From the NCBI GenBank assembly GCA_963707215.1, contig CAVPPB010000001.1, positions 768,001 to 832,000 on the forward strand: DNA of 64,000 bases, read 5' to 3'. Within the stretch, counting starts at the first letter, position 1. Each line of letters begins with the position of its first letter. This document shows, piece after piece, positions 22,661 to 37,700 of the stretch. This stretch comes from an uncultured Chloroflexia bacterium (GTDB lineage: Bacteria > Chloroflexota > Limnocylindria > Limnocylindrales > CSP1-4). Below the pieces are notes generated by a model that worked only from the letters and a program-made list of their open reading frames with translations, did no database searches and had not been told where the DNA came from. Position numbers and translations under genes: made by a program.

Positions 22661-23104
22661 TCAGTACCGGTAGAGCGAGGCGAGGAACGGCGTCCGGTTG
22701 AACATCAGCAGGGCGATCGGCAGGCCGATGACCGTCAGCTGGATCAGCCAGGCCAGGCCCATCCAGAGCGCCGAAGCCCACCAGCCGACGAAGACGAACC
22801 AGAGCCCACGGACGGGCCAGGCGACCTGGGGCCGACCGGCCTCCGCCACGACGGTGTTGCCGGCGGCATCCTGGCCGAGGGTCCAGTGGCGGGTCCGCGG
22901 CCGGAGCGTCAGGACCGTCGGCAGCCGGTTGATGATCCAGATGCCGAGCGGGATGCCGACGATCGTGATGAGCGCGAGCCAGGCCACGGTCACGGCGATG
23001 CCCGACGCCCACCAGCCGACGAAGAACCACCAGATCGCGCGGATGAGCAGACCCGGACCCTGCTTGCGCTCGATCACGGCCGGCGGCGGCTGGGGTGGCG
23101 CCAT
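22661..23104 (-). CDS. YccF-domain inner membrane protein
   Basis: Duplicated IWWFFVGWW..ITIVGIPLG / LWFVFVGWW..LTVIGLPIA repeats. Confidence 0.8.
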   Translation of the reverse strand: MAPPQPPPAVIERKQGPGLLIRAIWWFFVGWWASGIAVTVAWLALITIVGIPLGIWIINRLPTVLTLRPRTRHWTLGQDAAGNTVVAEAGRPQVAWPVRGLWFVFVGWWASALWMGLAWLIQLTVIGLPIALLMFNRTPFLASLYRY

Positions 23105-23112
23105 TGACGACC

Positions 23113-23418
23113 TCAACGGTCCTCGGCCCACTCGACCAGCTCGATGGCGTCGAAGTTGCGGGCCCGGTTGCACTCGCCGCAGATCGGCATCCCGGCGTCG
23201 CCGTCGGGCTCGTCCTCGGGGTCGGTCCCGAGCTCGCGGCCGCAGGTGGCGCACTCGATCGCCTCCTCGCCGAGGATGCCCGAGCCCGCCAGGAGGACGA
23301 GCTCCTGGGGCTCGTCGAGGTCGAACGGGTTCTCGTCCCAGATGTCGCCCATCTCGATCACCCTGGTCACGCGCCCCGGCGCCCCGACGGCGACCGGCGG
23401 CTCGATCGGTCGCAGCAT
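23113..23418 (-). CDS. Small acidic hypothetical protein with CxxC..CxxC
   Basis: CATC and CGEC pair, GC3-biased codons. Start uncertain. Confidence 0.55.
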   Translation of the reverse strand: MLRPIEPPVAVGAPGRVTRVIEMGDIWDENPFDLDEPQELVLLAGSGILGEEAIECATCGRELGTDPEDEPDGDAGMPICGECNRARNFDAIELVEWAEDR

Positions 23419-23645
23419 GGCAGGGTCCGGTGCCACCTCGCCTGTCACGGCTGCGGAGATGCGGCGCAGCCGAATGGCGGGGGCACGGCGGCGGGGCCCG
23501 GCGGGGGCGCGACGGCAGCCGACGGACGTGCGGCAGCCGAGTGGCGGCCTCGGGCGGTACGTTCGGCCGGTTCCCTCCCGGCTCGAAGCGCGCGATGGTC
23601 CGATGGCGCCCGGACGATCGGTCGCTGCGATGACGAGGGGATGCC

Positions 23646-23846
23646 ATGGGACCAGGCCACGCGACGCGAACCCGAGACCGCTTCGAGCTCGGGGGCATGG
23701 ACGAGGCCGCATCGGCGGAGCTCGAGGCCGTCGTCGACCGGATCCTCGCCCAGCACGCCGGTCGGCACGAGGCGGAGCCCGGCTGGTTGAGCGAGTCGTT
23801 CGACGCTGCCTGGACGTGGCTGATGCTCGATCCGCTCGCGTTCTAG
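23646..23846 (+). CDS. Small hypothetical protein
   Basis: GAGGG upstream. Ends 2 bp before the next ATG. Confidence 0.45.
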   Translation: MGPGHATRTRDRFELGGMDEAASAELEAVVDRILAQHAGRHEAEPGWLSESFDAAWTWLMLDPLAF

Positions 23847-23848
23847 GC

Positions 23849-24538
23849 ATGGCGGTCGGCGACGCGCGCTCCAGGCATCGGGACCTCACCGAGGTCGAGG
23901 CCCGCCGCGCGCTCTACATCGACTTCGAGGGTCAGAAGGATCGGCCTCCCGTCCTGCTCGGCGTCCTCCGCCGGCGCGGGAAGGGCCGCGAGCCGTCCGT
24001 CTTCCAGGTCGTCGTGGACCCGCTCTTCGCGCCGGCCGGGCCGGACGAGCGTCCGCTGGCCGAGGCGATCGACGTCGTGGTCCGCCGGGCCGAGCGGGGG
24101 GACCGCCGGATCGTCGCCTGGAGCGAGCACGAGCTCGCCCTGGTGCGGGACCTGCCGGGCATCGATCCGGACCTGGTGGCGCGGTTCGAGCGCCGCTACG
24201 TGAACGCCCTCGCAGTGGCGAAGCGCTGGACGGGCCGACTGCACCCGGACACCAGGCCGCCGGACGGCCGGCTGGCCGACTACCTCGCCTTCATCGGCTA
24301 CGAGGTCCCCGACGACGCGCGCCCGGGTCACGTCGGGGAGGCGATCCGGGCCCTCCGGCCGACCCTCGAGCGGGGGCGACCGCCGACCGAGCGGCAGCGC
24401 GAGCGCTGGGCCCACCTCCTGGAGCACAACCGCCACGACTGCGCCGGGATGCGCGAGGTGTGCCTGCGGGCGTCGCGGGAGCTCGACGGCGCCGGGCGGG
24501 CGCGGCGAGGGAAGAAGCGCCGGTCGAAGCCGCACTGA
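23849..24538 (+). CDS. RNase H-like/DEDD exonuclease-fold protein (YprB/TM0106-like)
   Basis: LYIDFEG N-terminal acidic motif and LLEHNRHDC C-terminal motif. Confidence 0.6.
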   Translation: MAVGDARSRHRDLTEVEARRALYIDFEGQKDRPPVLLGVLRRRGKGREPSVFQVVVDPLFAPAGPDERPLAEAIDVVVRRAERGDRRIVAWSEHELALVRDLPGIDPDLVARFERRYVNALAVAKRWTGRLHPDTRPPDGRLADYLAFIGYEVPDDARPGHVGEAIRALRPTLERGRPPTERQRERWAHLLEHNRHDCAGMREVCLRASRELDGAGRARRGKKRRSKPH

Positions 24539-24552
24539 CCGCTCGAGGGCGG

Positions 24553-24650
24553 CGGTCGGTTCCGCCGCCTCGGTTCCGCCGGTCGGTTCCGTTCCCCCGG
24601 TCCGCCGCCCCTGTTCCGCCGGTCGGTTCCGCCGGTCCGCCGCCCCTGTA
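24553..24650. repeat. Degenerate GGTTCCGCC-type repeats between convergent genes
   Basis: Multiple cggttccgcc / ggtccgccgcccctgt units. Confidence 0.6.
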
Positions 24651-24926
24651 CGGATCCGTATCGGCGTGTCCGATGCGGACCAGACTCAGCGAGCGTGCAC
24701 CTGCCTGATCCCTGCCGCTCCCGGGAATCCTGCACCCTCACTGAGGGCGATCGGCATCGGCCGCGCCGATACCGCTGACCTGGCCGCGGCCGTGGGGCGA
24801 GCGTCAGGTGTGGCGGCGAAGCGGCGTGGCAGCTCGACCGGGCGGGAGGGCGCGCCCCCCGGCACCCTCCGCCTCGGTCCCCCCGGTCCCAGGCCCCCGT
24901 GAGCTCGTCGGCTCCCGGATGCGGCC

Positions 24927-26228
24927 TCACGACCGCCGAGTACGGTCGGGCGCTGGCCGGCGCATCGCCGCCCCGGACGGCTCGCGGAGGTTCATCGCGT
25001 ACGAAGCCTGGGCGAACGCCGCCTTGCGGAGCATCTCCGGCTGGACCCGGGACCAGCTCTCGGCCTCGCGCTCGAGCTCGGCGACGATGCCCCGCAGCAC
25101 GGGGTCCTGTCCCGCGTACTCGCGGATCCGGCGGGCGACGCCCAGGAGGAGCTGGCGCGCCTCGTCGAACCGCCCCTGTCGGTTCAGGGCAACGACGTCG
25201 GACAGGGCCCGGTCGGCGAAGACCCGGGCCACGACCCGGTCGACCTCGCGGTCCCGCCGCTGGCGGTCGTTGGCCGGGTTGTCGGCGTACCGCCAGGTCA
25301 CCGTCGCGGCGTCGGCCCCGAACGCGCCCTCCCGGTCGGTCACCGCGAAGAGCGCCCCGACCTCGCGGCCGGACTCGCCCATCGGGAAGCGGATCCGCAG
25401 GATCACCCGGACGAGCTGGTCGGCGACGAGGTCGCCCAGCTGCACCATGGTCCGGTTGCCGCGGGCGTCGAGCGGCCTCGGCGTCAGGCTGTCGATCCGC
25501 AGGCCGTCGGGCGTCGTCACCTCCAGGACGACGTCGCGGGCGGTCACCTCGAGCGCCTCGCCGACCTCGCCGGCCAGGTGGTCGGGGATCTGCTCGGCCC
25601 GTTCGATGTAGCGGAACGAGCCGCCGCCGGCCGAGGCCATGCCCTGGAGGAGCGCCTCGTTGAAGTCGTTGCCCAGCCCGAAGGTCGAGGTGGCGATCCC
25701 CCGCTCGCGGAGCTGGCCGGCATGGTGGATGAGCTCGTCGGGATCGGTCATCCCGACGTTGGCCAGCCCGTCGGTCAGCAGCAGGACGCGATTGACGCCG
25801 TCCCGATCGAGGTTCTCGGCGACCTGCTCGGCCCCACGGAGCCAGCCGGAGCCCAGGTCGGTCGACCCCCGGGCGTCGATCCGGCGGAGCCGCTCGAGCG
25901 CCTCCCGGCGGGCCTCCGGCGTGGCCAGGGTCGTCGGCATGACGACGTCGATCTGGTCGTCGTAGACGACGAGGCTGAAGCGATCGCGGGCACCGAGCCG
26001 CTCGATCGCCTGGCGGACGGCCTCGCGGGCGAGCTCGATCTTGCGCCCGGCCATCGAGCCGGAGCGGTCGAGGACGAAGGCCAGGGTGGCCGCCGGCCGC
26101 TCTCGCCCGTCTCCCTTCGGCGGGGCAGGCGGCGCGACGAGCTCGGCCACGACGAAGCGGGCGCTGTGGTAGGTGGTCCGGACGAGCTCGCGGTCGGCGC
26201 GGATCGTCAGGGCTTCGGGTCGGGTCAT
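24927..26228 (-). CDS. vWA domain protein (YfbK-like)
   Basis: FVLDRSGSM, GSTDLGSG and LLLTDGLAN. ATGA overlap with the MerR gene. Confidence 0.9.
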   Translation of the reverse strand: MTRPEALTIRADRELVRTTYHSARFVVAELVAPPAPPKGDGRERPAATLAFVLDRSGSMAGRKIELAREAVRQAIERLGARDRFSLVVYDDQIDVVMPTTLATPEARREALERLRRIDARGSTDLGSGWLRGAEQVAENLDRDGVNRVLLLTDGLANVGMTDPDELIHHAGQLRERGIATSTFGLGNDFNEALLQGMASAGGGSFRYIERAEQIPDHLAGEVGEALEVTARDVVLEVTTPDGLRIDSLTPRPLDARGNRTMVQLGDLVADQLVRVILRIRFPMGESGREVGALFAVTDREGAFGADAATVTWRYADNPANDRQRRDREVDRVVARVFADRALSDVVALNRQGRFDEARQLLLGVARRIREYAGQDPVLRGIVAELEREAESWSRVQPEMLRKAAFAQASYAMNLREPSGAAMRRPAPDRTRRS

Positions 26229-26914
26229 GGCTTGTCCCCCTCTTGGAGCTCCCGGGCGAACGCGATGAGGCGCTCGACCCGCCTGTTCTGGTGGCGTGTC
26301 AGCGGCCGCCGGACGTGCAGCTCGACGCCCGGCTCGACGACGATCCGCTCCCACTGGGAGCGCTCGGGCGTGGCCGGCCGGGCCGGTGTGGCCGGCCGGG
26401 CCGGCAGGGTCGCCTGGGCCTCGGCCACGGTCGCGGACTCGATCCGCTGCAGCAGGGACGGCGGCCTTGCGGCACCGGCAGCGGTCTCGGTCTCGGGTGG
26501 TTCGCCCAGGGCCGGGGGCGGCTCCTCGGCCAGGCGCATCGCCAGTGGGGCCGGGGCCGGCATCGACGGTCGGGCCGCGTCCACCGGCGACCCCTCGGCG
26601 CCACCGAGCAGCGATCGAACGTACTCGAGCGCGCTGTCGGGCGGCTGGAGCGTGGGCGTCTGCGTCAGGGCGATCGCCTCGTCGTCGGTCAGCTCGGCCA
26701 GGCGGCCCCGGATCTCGGCCAGCGGCAGGTGCGCAGCCCGGAGCTGTCGGATCAGGCGGAGCCGCGCGGTGAACCCGTCGTCGTAGCGGGTGGACGGGCC
26801 CTCCCGCCCCGGCGCCGGCAGCAGTCCCTGGGCGATGTAGTAGCGGATCGTCCGCACGGGGACGTCGACGAGAGCGGAGAGCTCGCTGAGGGTGAGGCCG
26901 GCATCGGGTGGCAT
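26225..26914 (-). CDS. MerR-family HTH regulator
   Basis: LTLSELSALVDVPVRTIRYYIAQGLLPAP..RY..LRLIRQLR..LPLAEIR. Confidence 0.88.
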   Translation of the reverse strand: MPPDAGLTLSELSALVDVPVRTIRYYIAQGLLPAPGREGPSTRYDDGFTARLRLIRQLRAAHLPLAEIRGRLAELTDDEAIALTQTPTLQPPDSALEYVRSLLGGAEGSPVDAARPSMPAPAPLAMRLAEEPPPALGEPPETETAAGAARPPSLLQRIESATVAEAQATLPARPATPARPATPERSQWERIVVEPGVELHVRRPLTRHQNRRVERLIAFARELQEGDKP

Positions 26915-26921
26915 GGGACAT

Positions 26922-26950
26922 AAGTTAGCAGTCAACATGGTTACTGTCAA
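26922..26950 (-). promoter_or_regulatory. Sigma70-type promoter with a palindromic operator in the spacer
   Basis: TTGACA-17 nt-TAACTT. Imperfect palindrome cagtcaacatggttactg. ATG lies 7 nt after the -10, so the transcript is probably leaderless. Confidence 0.7.
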
Positions 26951-27143
26951 GACTTCTCGATGCCAGGGATCGCTTCGACGGGACGAGGCGCAGTGTTCGG
27001 GGGCGCGACAGACGACCACGACGGACGGGACCTCCCCTCCCATCCGGCCCGGTCGGAGGCGACCTCTTCGGGACCACGGTCCCTTGGCGGCACCCGGCGC
27101 GCCGTGGGATACGAGTGGGGTCATCCCGCAGTCCGGAGCATCG

Positions 27144-27638
27144 ATGGATCCACTGGAGGTCGGAGCGACCTGGCTCCACGCCGTCGCGATGGTGATCGCG
27201 CTCGGCTACTACGCCGTCCTCGGCTGGATCGTCTTGCCGGCCCTGGAACGAGGCGGGGTCGCGGACGCGTCCGTCGTCGCCATCGAGCGCCGGGCCCTCC
27301 CGCTCGTCGCCCTCTCGATCGTCGTCTTCACCGCAAGTGGCCTCTACCTCATGCTCGGCGACGGCCGCTACGCCGGCCCCGGCAACGTGACCGCCTCGAC
27401 CTGGACGATGCTGATGCTCCTGAAGCACGTCGTCGTGGCCGTCATGGTCGGCCTGGGGGTCAGCCTCCACTTCATCGCCACCCGCGGCGAGCGGGACGGC
27501 CCCGCCAGCGAGGCGCTCCAGGCAGGACCCACCCCGGACCCGGGCCGGATCCGGACGATCCGTTGGCTCGCCGACGGCATCGCGATCCTGGGGGCCGTCG
27601 TCCTCCTCCTGACGGCGGCCGCCCAGGTCAGCTCCTGA
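27144..27638 (+). CDS. CopD/DUF4149-like 4-TM membrane protein
   Basis: WLHAVAMVIALG, VFTASGLY and LMLLKHVVV. Confidence 0.65.
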   Translation: MDPLEVGATWLHAVAMVIALGYYAVLGWIVLPALERGGVADASVVAIERRALPLVALSIVVFTASGLYLMLGDGRYAGPGNVTASTWTMLMLLKHVVVAVMVGLGVSLHFIATRGERDGPASEALQAGPTPDPGRIRTIRWLADGIAILGAVVLLLTAAAQVSS

Positions 27639-27671
27639 CCAGGCCACGGACACGGCGCAGAATGGCGCGTC

Positions 27672-28937
27672 GTGAAGCGCATCACCATCCTGGCCAGTGG
27701 CACCCGGGGCGACGTCCAGCCGGCGATCGCGCTCGGTAAGGCGCTCGTCCGGGACGGGTACGCCGTTCGCCTCCTCGCCAGCAGCGGGTCCCGCGAGTGG
27801 ATCGAGGGTCACGGGCTGGAGGCGGCCCCGTCCGAGGTGGACATGCAGGCGGTCATGGCCAGCGAAGGGGGCCAGGCCTGGGTCGAGCGCGGCCACGACC
27901 AGCTGGCCCAGCAGCGCCTGATGCGCGACCTCTTCGCCCGGTTCGGGCCGCAGCTCATCCGGGAGGCCTGGGAGGCCAGCCGGGATGCCGACGCGATCAT
28001 CGGCAGCTTCACCTCCGACGCCTACGCGATCGCCTTCGGCGAGCGGCTCGACGTCCCGGTCCTGAGCATGCCCCTCCAGCCGACCCTCATCGCGACCCGG
28101 GACGGCCGGGCCATGACGAGCGCGCCCTTGCCCGGGCGAGTGAGCCGGATCAACGCCTGGTTCGGGCGACTCCTGCTCGAGCCGTTCCCGTGGCGGCTCT
28201 ACGGTGGCGCGGTCAACGACTTCCGCCGGGAGATCGGGCTACCGGTGCAGTCGAACCGGGAGAACGTCGACGCGCGGCGTCGGATGACGATGCTCCACGC
28301 GGTCAGCCGCCACGTCATGCCCCACCCAGCGGACTGGCCCGACCACTTCCACGTGAGCGGCTACTGGTTCCTCGACGAGGACGCGGGTCGGACGCCGCCG
28401 AGCGAGCTCGTCGACTTCCTGGCCGCCGGCGCTCCGCCGGTCGTCATCGGCTTCGGGAGCATGACCGGGAGCGACCCGGAAGGCCTCACCCGCCTCATCG
28501 TGGATGCCGTCCGGGCCAGCGGACGACGAGCCGTGCTGCTCGCGGGCTGGGCCGGGCTCGGCGCCCTGCGGCTCCCACCCGGGATGCTGGCCCTGCCCGC
28601 CGTCCCCCACGCCTGGCTCTTCCCGCGGGCCGCGGCCGTCGTCCACCACGGCGGCGCGGGCACGACGGCGGCCGGGCTTCGGGCCGGGGTCCCCAGCGTC
28701 ATCGTCCCGGCGATGGCCGATCAGCCCTACTGGGGGCGCCGGGTCAGGGCGCTGGGCGTCGGGCCGGCCCCCATCCCCCGCCACCGGCTCACGGCCGAGC
28801 GGCTGGCCGATGCCATCCGGGTCGCCACGAGCGACGAGGTGATGGCCGAACGAGCCCGCGCGCTGGCGGCACGGATCGGCGACGAGGACGGCCCTGGGGC
28901 GGCCGTCGGGATCATCGACGGGGTCGTCGGCAGGTAG
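27672..28937 (+). CDS. Glycosyltransferase family 1 (sterol 3-beta-glucosyltransferase-like)
   Basis: GTRGDVQP, GFGSM, PHAWLF, VHHGGAGTT and DQPYWG. Confidence 0.92.
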   Translation: MKRITILASGTRGDVQPAIALGKALVRDGYAVRLLASSGSREWIEGHGLEAAPSEVDMQAVMASEGGQAWVERGHDQLAQQRLMRDLFARFGPQLIREAWEASRDADAIIGSFTSDAYAIAFGERLDVPVLSMPLQPTLIATRDGRAMTSAPLPGRVSRINAWFGRLLLEPFPWRLYGGAVNDFRREIGLPVQSNRENVDARRRMTMLHAVSRHVMPHPADWPDHFHVSGYWFLDEDAGRTPPSELVDFLAAGAPPVVIGFGSMTGSDPEGLTRLIVDAVRASGRRAVLLAGWAGLGALRLPPGMLALPAVPHAWLFPRAAAVVHHGGAGTTAAGLRAGVPSVIVPAMADQPYWGRRVRALGVGPAPIPRHRLTAERLADAIRVATSDEVMAERARALAARIGDEDGPGAAVGIIDGVVGR

Positions 28938-29010
28938 CGGCGGTCGGACCTCGGCCGTCGGCCACCGGGCGCACCGCGGGCGCCTCGCCCGGCGGCGCCG
29001 TCCCGCTCGG

Positions 29011-29490
29011 TCAGATCGACTTCGGCAGCTGTCCGAAGAGCCCGGCGAGGACCTTCATGAAGCGATGGCCGCCGTCGGAGGTGGGGCCGTACATCAGCGG
29101 GCAACCGCCGGCGATGCAGTCGATGCCGCTCGACCGGCAGAGCTCGTGGGCCTCCTTCGAGACGCTGCCGCCGCCGAACGAGCGGTGCATCCAGACCCGC
29201 TTGATCCCGAGGTCCGCGCACTCCTTGGCGACCGCGGGCGCCACGTCGGGCGCCGTCGCGATGACGACGGCGTCGACGCCGCCGGGGATCGACTTGAGGT
29301 CGTGGTAGCAGGGGTCGCCCTCGACCGTCTCGGCGTTGGGGTTGACGGCGAAGACCTCGTAGCCGCGGGCCTTGAGGCGCAGGTACACGGCGTTGCCGCT
29401 GTGCGCGCCGCCGGTCTGGCGCGAGACGCCGGCGACGGCGATCCGCTTCTGGGCGAGGAAGTCGTCGATGGCCTGGTCGACCGTGGGCAT
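29011..29490 (-). CDS. CoA-binding domain protein (YccU-like)
   Basis: KRIAVAGVSR, VFAVNP and GIKRVWMH. Confidence 0.88.
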   Translation of the reverse strand: MPTVDQAIDDFLAQKRIAVAGVSRQTGGAHSGNAVYLRLKARGYEVFAVNPNAETVEGDPCYHDLKSIPGGVDAVVIATAPDVAPAVAKECADLGIKRVWMHRSFGGGSVSKEAHELCRSSGIDCIAGGCPLMYGPTSDGGHRFMKVLAGLFGQLPKSI

Positions 29491-29568
29491 GGCGCGGCTC
29501 CGGGACTACGGGTGCTGACCGGCGTATCGACCGCGAGCGGGCGATCGATCCGCCACGCCTGAGGCTAG

Positions 29569-33621
<4,053 letters not shown>

Positions 33622-33625
<4 letters not shown>

Positions 33626-34655
33626 GCGTCGACCTGCACACCCGCTACCTGGGCCTCGATCTCCGATCGCCGATCGTGGCCTCATCGTCCCCGTTCACCG
33701 GCCGGGAGGAGACCGCCCGGCTGATCGAGGAGGCCGGGCGTCGGGGCGATCGTCCTGCCGTCGCTCTTCGAGGAGGAGATCCTCAACGAGGAGATCCAGC
33801 TGAACCGCTCCCTCGAGGCCGGCACGGACCAGTTCGCCGAGGCGCTCGATTACTTCCCCGCCGTCGAGTCGTTCGCCGGCCTGGGGGACCGCTACCTGGC
33901 CCGCCTGGAGCGGATCAAGGCCTGGTCGTCGGTCCCGGTGATCGCCAGCCTCAACGCCACCACGACCGGCGGGTGGGTCCGCTATGCCCGGCTGATGCAG
34001 GACGCCGGGGCCGACGCCCTTGAGCTGAACCTGTACCGCGTCGCCGCCGACCCGGCCAGGACGGCGGTCGACATGGAGGCGGCTGACCTCGAGCTCGTCG
34101 CCGCGGTGGGCAGCTCGATCTCGATCCCCCTCTCCGTGAAGCTCAGTCCGTACTACTCGGCCTTCGCATCGTTCGCCCACCAGGTCGTGGGCCAGGGGGC
34201 CGACGGGCTCGTGCTCTTCAACCGCTTCTACCAGCCGGATCTCGACCTCGACACCCTCGACGTGGTCGCGAAGGTCGACCTGAGCCACCCCTCGGAGCTG
34301 CGGCTGCCGATGCGCTGGATCGCGATCCTGCGACCGCAGCTGGCCGAGCGGGGTGTCCCTGGCGGCGACCTCCGGCGTCCACACGGGAAGCGACGTCCTC
34401 AAGGCCCTCATGGTCGGGGCCGACGTGGCGATGATGACGTCCGCGCTGCTGCTCCACGGGCCGGAGCACGTCCGGACGGTGGAGGACGAGCTACGGGCCT
34501 GGATGGAGGAGCGCGAGTACGAGTCCGTCGCCCAGCTGCGCGGCAGCGCGAGCGCGGCATCGGTCGAGGACCCGTCGACGTTCGAGCGCGCCAACTACAT
34601 CGGCACGCTCCATTCCTGGACGGCCCCGCAGGAGCCGACCACCGCCGGCCGCTGA
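33622..34655 (+). CDS. Dihydroorotate dehydrogenase-like protein (frameshifted)
   Basis: TRYLGLDLRSPIVASSSP, VKLSPY, LFNRFYQPD and ATSGVH. GTGA overlap with nifJ. Confidence 0.85.
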
Positions 34656-34770
34656 GGGCCTCGGCCGAGCTCCGAGGAGCGCCGGCCCCGACGGGCCGAG
34701 GCACGGCGGAGGTTTCCGTCGGCCGCGGCCGTGCGGTACCCTCGCCACCCATGTGCGAGGTGAGCCCGGC

Positions 34771-37700
34771 GTGATCTGCTCGAGCTGCGGGACCGCGAAC
34801 GAGGCCGGCCAGAAGTTCTGCGGCGAGTGCGGCGCCCGCCTGGTGGCCGGCTGCCCGGCCTGCGGCACGCCGAACCCGCCCGGCCGCAAGTTCTGCGGTG
34901 AATGCGGCGCGGGCCTGGTCGAGGCCGCCGACGCGACCGGTGCGACCGGCGTGGCGGCGTCGGGCGGCGCCGGGGCGAGCCTGCCCGGGGCCGAGTCCGG
35001 CCCGGTCGCCGAGCGCCGCCTCGTCTCCGTCCTCTTCGCCGACCTGGTCGGCTTCACGACGCTCGCCGAGGGCCGCGACCCCGAGGAGACCCGCGACCTC
35101 CTGACCCGCTACTTCGATCTCGCCCGCGACGTCATCGAGCGGTACGGCGGCACGGTCGAGAAGTTCATCGGCGATGCGGTCATGGCCGTCTGGGGCGCCC
35201 CGGTCGCCCGGGAGGACGACGCCGAGCGAGCGGTCCGAGCTGGCCTCGAGCTCGTCGGCGCCGTGGGCTCGCTGGGGCCCGGGATCCAGGCCCGCGCCGG
35301 CATCCTGACCGGGGAGGCGGCCGTCACGCTCGGCGCGACGAACCAGGGGATGGTCGCCGGTGACCTGGTGAACACGGCGTCACGGCTCCAGGGTGCCGCC
35401 ACCCCCGGCGCGGTCCTCGTCGGCGAGACGACCCAGCGGGCCGCGTCACGGGCGATCGCCTTCGAGCCGGCCGGCGAGCAGCACCTCAAGGGCAAGACGG
35501 CTCCGATCCCCGCCTGGGTCGCGCTCCGTGTCGTCGCCGAGGTCGGCGGTCGCAATCGCAGCGAGGCGCTCGAGGCCCCGTTCGTCGGCCGGGACGACGA
35601 GCTGCGCCTGCTCAAGGACCTCTTCCACGCGACGAGCCGCGAGCAGCGGGCCCGGCTCGTGTCGGTCATCGGGCCGGCCGGCATCGGCAAGACCCGCCTG
35701 GCCTGGGAGTTCCTCAAGTACATCGACGGCCTCGTCGAGACGGTCTGGTGGCACGACGGTCGCTCGCCGGCCTACGGCGACGGCATCAGCTTCTGGGCGC
35801 TGGGCGAGATGGTCCGCGAGCGGGCCGGTCTGCTGGAGACCGACGACGAGCCACGACACGTGCCCGGATCGCCGAGACGGTCGCCGAGCACGTGCCCGAC
35901 CCCGACGAGCGCCGCTGGATCGAGCCGGCGCTGCTCGCCCTCCTCGGCGTGGAGACCGGGCTGGGCGCGGACCAGCTCTTCGGGGCCTGGCGGACGTTCT
36001 TCGAGCGGATGGCAGCGACAGCACCGGTGGTCATGGTCTTCGAGGACCACCACTTCGCCGATGGCGGGCTCCTCGACTTCGTCGACCACCTGCTCGACTG
36101 GAGCCGCAACGTCCCGATCTACGTCCTGACGCTCTCGCGCCCGGAGCTGCTGGAGCGACGGCCCGACTGGGGCGTCGGGAAGCGGAGCTTCGCCTCGCTC
36201 TACCTGGAGCCGCTGTCGGCGGCCCAGATGGCCGAGCTGCTGGCCGGCCTCGTGCCGGGCCTTCCCGAGGAGGCGGTCGCGGCCATCGTCGCCCGAGCCG
36301 ACGGGATGCCGCTCTACGCGGTCGAGACCGTCCGGATGCTCCTGGCCGAGGGGCGTCTGGCGCAGGAGGGCGACGCCTACCGACCGGTCGGCGACCTGAC
36401 CGAGCTGGCCGTGCCGGAGACGCTCACGGCGCTGATCGCCTCGCGCCTGGACGCGCTCGACCCCGACGACCGGGCCCTGGTCCACGACGCGGCCGTGCTG
36501 GGCCAGAGCTTCACCGTGGACTCGCTGGCGGCGGTGACCGGGATCGACGCCGCGTCGCTGGAACCGCGACTCCGGGCCTCGTCCGGCGGGAGCTGCTGAC
36601 CCTGGAGGCCGATCCCCGCTCGCCCGGAGCGCGGCCAGTACGCCTTCGTCCAGGCCCTCATCCGCGAGGTCGCCTACAACACCCTGGCCAGGCGCGACCG
36701 CAAGACCCGCCACCTGGCGGCGGCACGATTCTTCGAGCTCGCTCGGTTCCGACGAGCTCGCCGGTGCCCTGGCCGGGCACTACGTCGCCGCGTACCGGAA
36801 CGCCGGCGAGGGGGCGGAGGCCGACACGCTGGCAGCCCAGGCCCGGGTGGCCCTCCGGGCCGCCGCCGAGCGGGCGATCCGGCTGGGCTCGCCGGCCCAG
36901 GCCGTGCTGTTCCTCGACCAGGCCCTCGAGGTGACGCGCGACGAAGCCGAGTCGGCACAGCTCCTCGAGCGGGTCGGCCGCGCGGCCCAGGACGCCGGCC
37001 TCACCGAGGTCGCCGAGGACCGGGCCCGGCGGGCGATCGACCTGCGTCGCTCGCTGGGCGATGCCGACGCCATCGCCGGCGCCACCGCGATGCTCGGGGA
37101 GTTCCTCACGACCGGGCTGCGGCCGGAGGCGGCGCTGGCGATCCTCCAGCCTGCCATCGAGGAGCTGATCGGGCCCGCGGCCTCGACCGGGCAGGGCGAG
37201 CCGACGATCGGACCCGGCGGGGTGGCGCTCCTCGCCCAGCTCGCGCGGGCGTACTTCTTCAACGAGTCCTACGGGCGGGCGATCGAGGTCATCGACCGGG
37301 CGCTGGCCGAGGGCGAGCGGCTGGACCTGGTCGGGGTCGTCAGCGACGCCCTCATCACCCGCGGCGGCGCCCTCAGCCACGTCGGCCGGATGTACGAAGG
37401 GTCGGGCGCGATGCAGGCCGGGGTGGAGCTCGCCGAGCGGCACGGCCTGGTGCGGACGGCGCTGCGCGGCCGCCTCAATCTCGCCGTGTTCCAGGGTGGT
37501 TCGGATCCCAGGGCCGGTCTGGCGAACAGCCGGGAGGCCCTCGACCTCGCGCGGCGTCTCGGGCTCGAATCGTTCGTCCGGACGCTCGTGGGGAACGCCG
37601 CCGGTGCCGCCGCGGACGTCGGCGAGTGGGACTGGGCGGTCCAGGAGATCACCGCGGCCCACGACGAGGGCCCGGACGAGTTCGCCCGCAACTACGCGAG

